Shown: piece by piece, positions 54,501 to 61,800 of the stretch
Position numbering within the stretch: position 1 is the first letter of the stretch
Layout: each line of letters begins with the position of its first letter
NCBI GenBank assembly: GCA_002633005.1
Contig: NMRA01000397.1
Coordinates: 249,218-313,217, forward strand
DNA length: 64,000 nucleotides
From: Phoronis australis
Lineage: Eukaryota; Animalia; Phoronida
Direction of reading: 5' to 3'
Made by a program: the position numbers and the translations under genes
Notes under the pieces: generated by a model
Seen by the model: only the letters and a program-made list of their open reading frames with translations
The model's database searches: none
Told to the model about the DNA's origin: nothing

Positions 54501-55238
54501 GGAATTAAACACATCGACAACCTCCTCAGATGTTCCTCTATGCGCGAAAGGTACTTATAACAACGTGAGTTTGATGGTTTAGTTGGTGCGAGGCATAATT
54601 CGCCGAAAAGCTTCCGGCGTACAGAGCGCCTATAGCCTCTGCATCGCCTCTGGTTCGGGCCAACAGAGGCGATGGTCATTGCCTAAACCGCCTTAGGTTA
54701 TAATAAGCGCCCCCCTTAAAATGAACTTTTCTAAGCGCCCTGGGCGGTTATTACGGCGAATACGGTACTTTCCTAGCAGTTTACAAGCGAGAGAAATGAG
54801 CTAATTATGAGGAGTGCACATTCCAATGATAACGCCCCCTTTAGACAATGTTCATTCTCTATCATGCTATCATGGGGTAAGGAACAGTCAACGTGACAAT
54901 ATAGTCGAATCCAGTTTTTACTAAGTAAAACTTGTTTGAAACTATTAAAAAGACTCACGTAAACCAGGCGTCGGATCAGGGATCTGCCTCGTTCTCTCAA
55001 AGTTCCCAGGATTGGAAAAAAAATCGCGCAAATTCGGCAATTCTCGACCTCTCTCAATCAGCTCAGTGTGCAATTCTAATGCAGACAATAACAGGTTTTC
55101 TTTGATAAGGAAGTTGGCAATCGATTCTACAGCCACATGATTGCTCGTTGGCTCTGAAATTTGAAGTTTCTCAACACCACCATCAAGTTCATCTTCCACA
55201 GAATCCTCTCCAAAGAAAGGATTCAGGGAATCCGCCAT
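24990..55238 (-). CDS. RELCH: RAB11-binding LisH/coiled-coil/HEAT-repeat protein RELCH (KIAA1468), 21 coding exons visible, 3' end not found in window
   Basis: Hand-spliced GT-AG exons with consistent phases: 54959-55238, 52230-52316, 51833-51904, 50337-50503, 48185-48373, 46635-46723, 45994-46362, 45250-45328, 42197-42295, 39184-39296, 37942-38242, 36845-37009, 35987-36158, 33906-34068, 33376-33499, 31358-31492, 30882-30988, 29198-29297, 27599-27681, 27152-27215, 24990-25128 (3097 nt). Peptides match recalled RELCH motifs: LLLSALELHTEL..GRELPNLRDFFSNPGNFE, DSLDWARYSDDG, VLEFELRKAQETI, LisH RALNFLINEYLL..YKLTAVTFSEEN, DFDDWDDVGLNIPKPPDL, RCLPHIVPNVLLAKREELIPLIL, LLPQCWEQL..ERRQLVAEACG, GPNTEPKFRDE. 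Confidence 0.93.
27152..27215 (-). CDS. RELCH: RELCH exon 20
   Basis: SVRTSTIPAFGTIMEFVTNRD; ttcag/gtaagt. Confidence 0.9.
27599..27681 (-). CDS. RELCH: RELCH exon 19
   Basis: LLVKGVSDSLVSTRIVPALVTLASDPE; ttccag/gtgagt. Confidence 0.9.
27740..28990 (+). mobile_element. HINE/pearl-like element, old degenerate copy
   Basis: aaaaactgccacta, ccaatttcataaagatc, gggtttaggagac modules; boundaries approximate. Confidence 0.5.
29198..29297 (-). CDS. RELCH: RELCH exon 18
   Basis: SDQNNDELLLAVLWDGVVHKSAEVRSSAAIMFE; ttgcag/gtatgt. Confidence 0.9.
29476..30430 (+). mobile_element. HINE/pearl-like element
   Basis: Starts aacaagagcaaagagaagcgttga; ccactagg modules. Confidence 0.6.
30882..30988 (-). CDS. 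RELCH: RELCH exon 17
   Basis: EDDRKLLSTFLSHHLCTLSLSHVPLNSLQLTFTEL; tttcag/gtaagt. Confidence 0.88.
31358..31492 (-). CDS. RELCH: RELCH exon 16
   Basis: VRCKFETAVELLE...CLLPVYTSGILAAFSE; ttccag/gtatga. Confidence 0.86.
33376..33499 (-). CDS. RELCH: RELCH exon 15
   Basis: VSSLINICCDLSVQMFKLVPEMVRVLSCFSQHFGRPFIMNK; ttttcag/gtaagt. Confidence 0.82.
33906..34068 (-). CDS. RELCH: RELCH exon 14
   Basis: SRLPVPMSSLTSVEVIIGDRNKL...WEGLSFIVNQ; cactag/gtaagt. Confidence 0.86.
34501..35635 (+). mobile_element. HINE/pearl-like element
   Basis: Starts aacaagagcaacatggagcattga; ccactagg modules. Confidence 0.6.
35987..36158 (-). CDS. RELCH: RELCH exon 13
   Basis: NFDLSVNVSNVNTTDEQSFCLWTGVLKRVVPLLFLSSLETSPYGDK..; tttttag/gtaagt. 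Confidence 0.82.
36845..37009 (-). CDS. RELCH: RELCH exon 12
   Basis: IRDLLVSCLGDSSSQVTSAATDVLLPSFSLWSKELGRLETDLI..; ttatag/gtttga. Confidence 0.85.
37942..38242 (-). CDS. RELCH: RELCH exon 11 (HEAT repeats)
   Basis: QMILTGCVVFAQCVGPTRVESELLPQCWEQLAHKFPERRQLVAEACG...DENKFGQ; ttccag/gtgagc. Confidence 0.92.
39184..39296 (-). CDS. RELCH: RELCH exon 10
   Basis: ELIPLILCAASLHPDLKERDNLLNILFNLIKRPDHEQR; ttcag/gtaccg. Confidence 0.9.
39385..40778. repeat. 54-bp minisatellite, about 26 units, with a 4-mer (216 bp) higher-order repeat
   Basis: Unit tgcactgatactgagagtaaattggcagta(gacc/accc/gccc)ctcttgtacacaaaacttgt; the gaccct variant recurs at 39415, 39631, 39847, 40063, 40279, 40495 (216-bp period); in RELCH intron 9. 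Confidence 0.95.
42197..42295 (-). CDS. RELCH: RELCH exon 9
   Basis: VLKITDSQSENVVTMLARCLPHIVPNVLLAKRE; tacag/gtatgt. Confidence 0.9.
43619..44162 (+). mobile_element. Tc2/pogo-like MITE, left part (cut by the assembly gap)
   Basis: TA-CCGTATTCGCCGTAATAACCGCCCAGGGCGC..., colinear with 60567-61092. Confidence 0.78.
44163..44356. other. Assembly gap (N run)
   Basis: 194 Ns between a Tc2-like MITE and a HINE-like terminus. Confidence 0.99.
44357..44552 (+). mobile_element. HINE/pearl-like element terminus
   Basis: (GGAC)n microsatellite plus hairpin gcgtccacatataaatatgtgggcgc plus ataaaaa, right of the N gap. Confidence 0.7.
45250..45328 (-). CDS. RELCH: RELCH exon 8
   Basis: RNMSDTFKDALMKLAFQVSEDNRIASE; tttcag/gtaaga. 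Confidence 0.85.
45994..46362 (-). CDS. RELCH: RELCH exon 7 (acidic/Ser-rich linker)
   Basis: ELEMVKKKTSTPFITPVSTP...CQPCN; ttgtag/gtgagc, phase 2-2 fits; poorly conserved sequence. Confidence 0.78.
46635..46723 (-). CDS. RELCH: RELCH exon 6 (coiled coil)
   Basis: EEQIDAMDTLIARLNGENRLLHEQIQEME; ttcag/gtatgt, phases fit neighbours. Confidence 0.8.
47270..48070 (+). mobile_element. HINE/pearl-like element, internal fragment
   Basis: tactaggaggcgccacagtagtc and aaaatggccactaag modules; boundaries approximate. Confidence 0.6.
48185..48373 (-). CDS. RELCH: RELCH exon 5
   Basis: DFDDWDDVGLNIPKPPDLFHLYRDYGNH...EETKKDL; caccag/gtgagt. Confidence 0.9.
49076..49581 (+). mobile_element. TA-flanked MITE (about 500 bp)
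   Basis: TA-CGGCAAAAATTC ... GAATTTTTACCG-TA; inverted copy at about 23330-23820. Confidence 0.7.
50337..50503 (-). CDS. RELCH: RELCH exon 4 (LisH motif)
   Basis: IKPHEMRALNFLINEYLLVHNYKLTAVTFSEENEDQ; atttcag/gtttgt. Confidence 0.9.
50823..51510. repeat. About 690-bp imperfect palindrome in RELCH intron 3
   Basis: Arms pair from aaacttggtcgaagg/cttccaccaagttt inward to ctgagcagctcacagg/cctgtgagctgctcag, centred near 51154. Confidence 0.85.
51541..51578. repeat. (TG)n(CG)n microsatellite
   Basis: (tg)15 followed by (cg)4. Confidence 0.9.
51833..51904 (-). CDS. RELCH: RELCH exon 3 (coiled coil)
   Basis: VLEFELRKAQETIKSLRANLTVVT; ttttag/gtaagt. Confidence 0.9.
52230..52316 (-). CDS. RELCH: RELCH exon 2
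   Basis: RTPSCQTFDSLDWARYSDDGDRQEDRVA; ttag/gtatct. Confidence 0.9.
53004..54765 (-). mobile_element. Tc2/pogo-like (Tc1/mariner superfamily) MITE carrying a nested insertion
   Basis: TA-CCGTATTCGCCG ... CGGCGAATACGG-TA; homologous to 60567-61884 and 43619-44162 in opposite orientation. Confidence 0.82.
54391..54685. mobile_element. 295-bp foldback MITE with about 100-bp TIRs and a 9-bp TSD (MULE- or AcademH-like)
   Basis: TSD AACCGCCTT at 54382-54390 and 54686-54694; termini TAGGCAATGACC / GGTCATTGCCTA; the paralogous host copies (about 43690, about 60640) show the empty single site. Confidence 0.9.
54959..55238 (-). CDS. RELCH: RELCH exon 1 (start codon)
   Basis: MADSLNPFF...LLLSALELHTELIERGRELPNLRDFFSNPGNFERTR; donor GTGAGT, phase 1. 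Confidence 0.92.
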
Positions 55239-55513
55239 TTTGCACCAATCACGTGATCGTATTATTGTCTCGTGACATAAGAGACTTCTCGAGAATTGTC
55301 CCTTTAAATTTGAAAAAAGGTAGTTTATTCAATTTAGAGCCATAAAACAATTTATCAAAAACCCGTGGGTTGTTTATTGATCACATATTACACAAGTGAA
55401 ATCAGACAGCTTCCCAGACTGTGTATCCTGTAGAATTTATTTCAAATTTATTACTACGTCGCAAGATTTGGCTAAATCACGTGACCTTGTGGCGCGAAAA
55501 GTGAGCTTGGAAT
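55239..55513. promoter_or_regulatory. Bidirectional RELCH/CDT1 promoter
   Basis: Divergent ATGs 275 bp apart. CCAAT 55245-55249; TCACGTGA E-boxes at 55249-55256 and 55477-55484; E2F consensus GGCGCGAAAA at 55491-55500 just before the CDT1 ATG; CHR-like TTTGAA near 55309 and in reverse at 55441; YY1-like CGCCATTTT over the RELCH ATG. Confidence 0.8.
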
Positions 55514-55867
55514 ATGGCGCAGAGCAGGGTGACTGAATTTTTCAATGTCCGAAAACGTTCTAGCGACTTGCATCCAGCCAAGAGGAGGAAAATCGAACGT
55601 GTTGATGCATTCGATTTTTCACAAAGTGTGGTCCCTACTGTTGATGAATCAACTCAATTAACGGGTTTGACACAAGATGAGGACAAAAAGGTACTACAGA
55701 GCGAAATTAAGGTGCCGCTGTCTAACAATGAAAATGACAATTTGGTACGAAGGACAAGCCGCGAACATAAACAGACAAAAGAGAGAACAGTGGAAAAATA
55801 CGTTGTTACCGAGTGCACTACTATTGATACTGCTTTTAAACGTTGTTCAAAGAAACCATTCACTGAG
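55514..55867 (+). CDS. CDT1: CDT1 exon 1 (PIP degron, basic NLS-like PAKRRK)
   Basis: [28 protein letters not shown]...PFTE; donor gtaacg, phase 0. Confidence 0.88.
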
Positions 55868-58800
55868 GTAACGGTCGCGATGAGCACGTTTTAATTATTA
55901 ATGTAAACTGGTTCATTTTCTTGTGAAACCTGTCAAACTCGACTGAACATTAAAAGCCACCAGACTTAGAGTCAGTGCCAGTGGCCACCGTCTCTAGCTG
56001 GCTCAGTACTAGGCAACATGTAGCCCTGCTGTACGTAAACTTGGAATCCAGCTAAATCTTATAAGATCGCACATATGTGTGAACTTGGAATACACGAGGC
56101 AACTTGACAGGTACACTAAAATAGTAGTCACGTTCATGTTCACCAAACAAGATAATTGATTTTGGCATTCAAAAATTCCCCCAGTTCTGCGATACAAGTT
56201 ACGGTAAAAGAGAAAGTGGATGATCGTGAGTCCAATAATTACAAAAAAAATTTCACTGAACAAAAAATTTCACATGATTGCATTAAAGAATATTCAATTC
56301 CAAGTTCACGTGTGCGCGATCTTGAGATTAAGCACGACTCTAAGTTGACACACAACAGCCCCTCAGTTGGCCGGTTAGGCTACAATACTTCCCATCGCTT
56401 TCTGTACGCATTTCATCCTGTGTATTTTAAACAGGCGGTAGGCCAGACATGGCCACTGATTAAGAGTTTTTTCACCTCGTCAAAAATACATTCTACATTC
56501 AAAACTGTCACTAAAAATGAGCTTACTTTCTTCAGTGATCCTTTATGCTTCTACACATATCTTCGATGAAGCATATCTGCTAGAATTAAGCTGACTTTGG
56601 AGAAGAATTCCAACTCCACTTTTTGGTCACCGTTAACTTTTTCACCGCGCGCTTGATAACCACAGAATATTTTAACTGAGTCACGTGAGTTCGGCAAAGG
56701 CTAGCGTGAGATTGAGCGAAGCGCGTGACCTAGCTCGTGACACTTGCAAAATAGCATGGGAAGATATCAGGTGGAATTTGTGAGCTTTGTGTCAACAGGC
56801 GTGATTTCTCATAACTTCCTCAAAATGGCACCCGGTGAGAGAAACTCGAGCGAACCTTGACAGATTTTTATGGATATGTTCAAGTTATATTGAGTAAATT
56901 GTATCCAGAGTCATGGTATGTGTTAATTATAACTCCATGTGCATTTATGCATGTTTCATTCGATTTTATTTGCTGTATTTTGAAATGAGTATCTTTTTAT
57001 GGGGATATACTATCGCCCATGTATGCCTGCGGCATCCAGGGCGATGCAGTTGCCTAGCTCAGTACAGTCTGTAGAAATGGAAGCTTTTAGGCGAATTATG
57101 CCTCACAATGATTGAAAAATCAAAGTCACATTGTTATAAGTACTCCCGTTTTCAAACTTTTTTGTCGAGCAGTTTTTCATTCAGTTCCCAATATCGGAAA
57201 CTGGCCATTTTTAACACTGCACATTGCAGGTGGTATGACTTCATATCTCCTGGTGTGTGCTGTCTAATTTGCAATGTTTGAGCAAAATTGTGTTTGGTTC
57301 CTCAACATCCTTGTGGAGGTACGTGTTTGCCTAGACAGTAACGACTGGCTCCGCAGTAGAGATAGTGAAGCTCCTATAGGCGCTTTATAAGCCAGAAGAT
57401 TTTCGGCAAATTATGCCTAGCACTGACTAAAACATCATGTTACGTTGTTATAAATACCTTTTGGGCATAGGGGACACCTTAGGAGGCCGTCGGTGTATTT
57501 AATTCCTTCCAACTCGAACAAATACTCCCATTATCAGACTTTCTATAAGTGGTCCCTCTTTCAGTTCCCAAAATTGGTAACTCACCATTTTTAACACTGC
57601 GCATACCAGGGGATATGACGTCGTACCACATGTAGTGGTGCAGTGACCAAGCTCTTGATTTACAAAAATTACTTATGGATGTGGCTCAAAGCTCTAATCC
57701 TTTTCGCTTGTGTTTTGCTAGGTCATTTCAGAAAAAGTAACATCTCTAGATGACGACCATGGCAGTTTACCAACCACTCCGGTAAAAAGAGCCAAAGCCA
57801 CAGAGGAAGAGTGCACAGTAAGACAGAAGAGAGCCAAGATCAGGCAGCCTAAGGTCCTCGTACGAAACCCACTAGCCACACCTGAAAGTAGTGGTGGGGA
57901 TGATGTGGCAGGTGGTCACAGGAAACAGATAGACACCAAGGACAGGCCTCCAATGGTTGTGAGAAAAAGGCTAAATATGAAACCTCTAGATGACACCTGT
58001 TTAAAGGAGGTATATTTGAAGTACTTTATTTACCATTATTGGAAATTTACATTTCAATGCGTGCATTTGAAATGTTGGTATTAGCTAGTTGAAAAGATAG
58101 GAAAAGGCATTCTTATAGTAGGGGATAGCTACCAAATATTTCTAATAAACGAAGTATAGTTCCTAAGGAGATGGCCGGCAGTGAAAAGTGTAGACTTGTT
58201 ATTGCTTGATTTTCATTCATACGAAAGCATTCTTTGTAGTCAGAGGTCCTAAATGTGCGGTATAATTAACTTTTGTACACCTGCATGCCTGCATGGATAC
58301 ATAGGTGTGCGTGCGAGTGTGTGCGCGCATATATGAGTGCATCACGCTGTCATTCCTATCTGTCCAGCATCCGTGACTATAGCTAAAACCCGTGGATAAA
58401 TGTTTATAAAATTCTGTCATGAATGAGAATTGGCGTACATGTGAAGAGGATGATTTACGATAATTTTCAGAGGACTTTGATTACTGTGACGCCTCCTAGT
58501 GGCAATTTTTTTTTCTGTTTCTCTGAACTTCATTGATGGATTTCTATGATATTTGGTAAATAGCTTTCTATTAAAGAAACAATGAAACGTTTCCGTTATT
58601 TGGATGGATTTGACTTATGTTGCGCCATCTAGTAGTTGCGAAATTGGTGAAATTTGGCAAGTGTTAATAAATATCTGTTGTTATACTTCCACTGATTCTT
58701 CTGTCTTCTGGTTAACTGAAATACAGAGATGTGTCATGTTATTCACCAATCTGGCCATGGAATGTTAACTACGTGCATGCCTCCCTGACATTGTGAACAG

Positions 58801-61800
58801 ACCAAACACACACCCTGTAAAAAAATATACATTGAAAACACAGCGTGCAAATGATATCAGTACATTAAAGCCGGTAGGAACAAGTTCAGTTATGAGAGAT
58901 GGACAAAATTGAGAGGAAAGAAGTATCAGCGGTCTAAACAAAATATAGATGTGTACCTCAGCCATGTAAAGTGGTACAGGCATTGGGACAACAATATTGT
59001 CCTTGGCCTCTGGTTGGGTATTATTGCTCTTCCTTTGTCATGATATCATTCTTGTTTTAACTTAGTGTAATAGCAAACACATCATTTCAGGACTGTAAAA
59101 CAGAACCAGCTACCCAGCCTGATGCAGTTTTGGCCAGCTTGCCCACAGCTGCAACTAATCCAGATCCTGAGATGAAACATCACCAGTAAATACATACTCT
59201 GTGGTTGCATAAAGAACTTGTTAAAGATTCATTCAACAACTATATGACTTTTAAAAATATGCTGTTGTCTCTAAATTGTTTTTATTGTTTTTTTGCTTTA
59301 TTCTTGAACCAATCATGAACAATTTTAATACAAGAAACCAACTGAGGCTTGGGTTGTTTGAGAGGATACGAATTGTACCTGCAAGAACACGAGAAATGAG
59401 AACACCTGTGTGTTCCAGGAGCATGAAAGATTGCCTGTGTCCATTTAATTTTTATTTGGTAAATGCTATGCTGTTCCCATGAAATAGAAAAGCCTCCCAA
59501 TATAGCTAAGTTACTGTAAGGGTCATTAGTCTTTCAAAGAAAGTTCTACTGCTTTTCAAAAATCTTATTTTGGTTTTCACAGTGACTTTTGGTACCTCCA
59601 TGAATAGTCTTGATAATGTTACTTAGAAGTGATACTGTGTTGTCATTCACCAGCATCCCTCGCCCTCGGTTGTCCAACCTCCCGCCACCCTGTGAAAGGT
59701 TCCGTGCTCTGGCCCTTCCTGGACCTTTAGGAGTGACCCTGCCTTCATCAACTAGCACGCCTCAGCCTCGGCCCTCCAACATCGCGCCAGCCTATGAGAG
59801 GTTCCATGCTCTGGCCCAGCCTGGACCCCCAGGCCTGACTTTGCCATACAAGTTCAAACTTCTGCATGAAATGTTCCGAAGTGCCGACACTGCTGTCAGC
59901 ATGCTGCACAACCGTGCTGAGATCTGCACTTTCGACAAACTCAAGGCAGCTGTCCAGGAGATGGTGAGCAAGTAAGTCACTAACTTGCTAGCATTCATTC
60001 TTTAGGCAACCTTAATGAGGATAGTGTGACACCTAAAACTTACATATGCAAGGACAACATTCACAATAGTCACCACTCAGATTAGTCGTCATGTTTAGTA
60101 AAAGATGATTTATGCGTGCTAACTTGTGTTTGTTTTGTAGTTCTAATTTGGAAATACATTTAGAATGTGAATCTAGGTGACACGTTTCAAGTAGAATGGA
60201 ATCATATTGTCATCCGCTATCGTACCGAATTTTCAAATGTGGCTCAACCTAATAGGGGTGTTGTGTAGTTATTTGGCTGCCAGGACTGTTTGCAACGTGG
60301 ATCATCCTTCTTTCCAGTTTCCCATGTATTTTCTATGATTAGGTGTATTTGTAACTGGTTTCTTGTATAATACCGATTGATATGTGAAGTTCTTTGATTG
60401 ATATTCATGAAAGTTGTCCTATGTGTCTCTAATGAGGATAACCTACACAACTGATGCAGATTTTTGGATGGGTCCAACCACCACAATATTTTGAAAAAGT
60501 GAGCACACGGGCACACATTGCTCTATGTTGCAATTGTTTAATAAGTTAATATGTTGAACCTTATTACTGTTTTCGCCCTAATAACCGCCCAGGGCTCTTA
60601 GAAAAGTTCGTCTCAGGGGGGGGGGCTCTTATTATAACCCCAGGCGGTTGAAACCCGGTCTCCGAAACGGGTGAAATCAGAAGCTAAGATTCATCATATT
60701 TACGCTCTGTGTCGTATCTGTAACCTATGAAAGACTTTCTACAAAATCGTGTTGCATTGGTATCAAACTTTGCTGGTAAATTACGATCATTTTACAGAAA
60801 ATTGTGCTGAAATCCCAGGGCGAAAACTCGTTGACTGACTGCCTAGCAATCGTTGATATGGCGACTTGAATGCTTGGATATAAATACAGTTTCAACTAAG
60901 CAAATTACCTGAAATCCTTGTTCAGTTTTCCAAATAGTGTCCCTAAGATTTTTAAGTTCCCGTGGAGTCGGGATTAACAGCAGGTTTACAAGTTCAAATC
61001 TGTGCTACATCGTGCCATCTATGATTGGCAACACGAGAAAAATCTCTGGACGAACACACATGTTGTTGTCACGTGACGTTTGTTTTGAAGTTTGTCTGCG
61101 TTTGTGAGTAAGTGAGCGCGTGCGTGTCACCAGTGTTCATTTGCCAGAGCAGAGACCGTCTTTGGCCAGAATAAACGCAATCTTACGAAATAGATGTGCA
61201 TTCTATCTAAAGAAATTTGCAAAAGCAGTAGGCCTAAACCAGAACGTGTTTCATTCAACACTTGCCGGTCCCATGTGCTAAAAACATTCGACATTTGTCC
61301 CGGTAAGGCCCATATTAGTCGCCGTGTGGCTGGATGGGTACGTGACTATCTGACAGTTATTTTTCGGTGAAAGGGTCTGTAAGCGTTCACTGTTAGTGGT
61401 CATTTTATCATGGTTCACAAACAATCCATCTTATAAATAACGAAAACATTTTTTTATAGTATTGGAAATTAGTGCCAATATTCATTTCTTGCCGATGCTA
61501 TGATACCCGTTTCATGAATGGATAGTTCCCGCTTAATGTCTTTGATGTATGTAAACTACTTCTGTTCTGAAAGGCCAGACCATTGGTCCTCACGAGATCA
61601 GCAAAACTTTTGTGTTCGTTTTGACGCACGGCGGAAGATTGAAGTGTATAGTCATGGCTAAATACCGAAATAGCGGTGAGGCACGTGGTCTACAAAATGA
61701 TTTTTTTCAGGACTGTCGGATATAATTGATTGATAAATTGAAGACGTTACTGTAGAATTTTAGGACTGTAGGTATGGCATTTTTGGCATGTACACGTTCA

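Larger units (their letters stand above)
52481..54775. mobile_element. Partial copy of the 56010-57056 family whose right terminus is split by the Tc2-like MITE
   Basis: 52481-53003 aligns to 56549-57047; terminus resumes after the MITE as ctttCCTA (54768-54775). Confidence 0.7.

Noticed and set aside
54380-54679. Mirror ORFs MTIASVG.. on both strands
   Set aside because: A consequence of the foldback element's inverted arms
56156-56569. 137-aa ORF as a CDT1 exon
   Set aside because: It lies inside the TSD-bounded element 56010-57056, and its acceptor phase does not fit exon 1, which joins 57722 in frame
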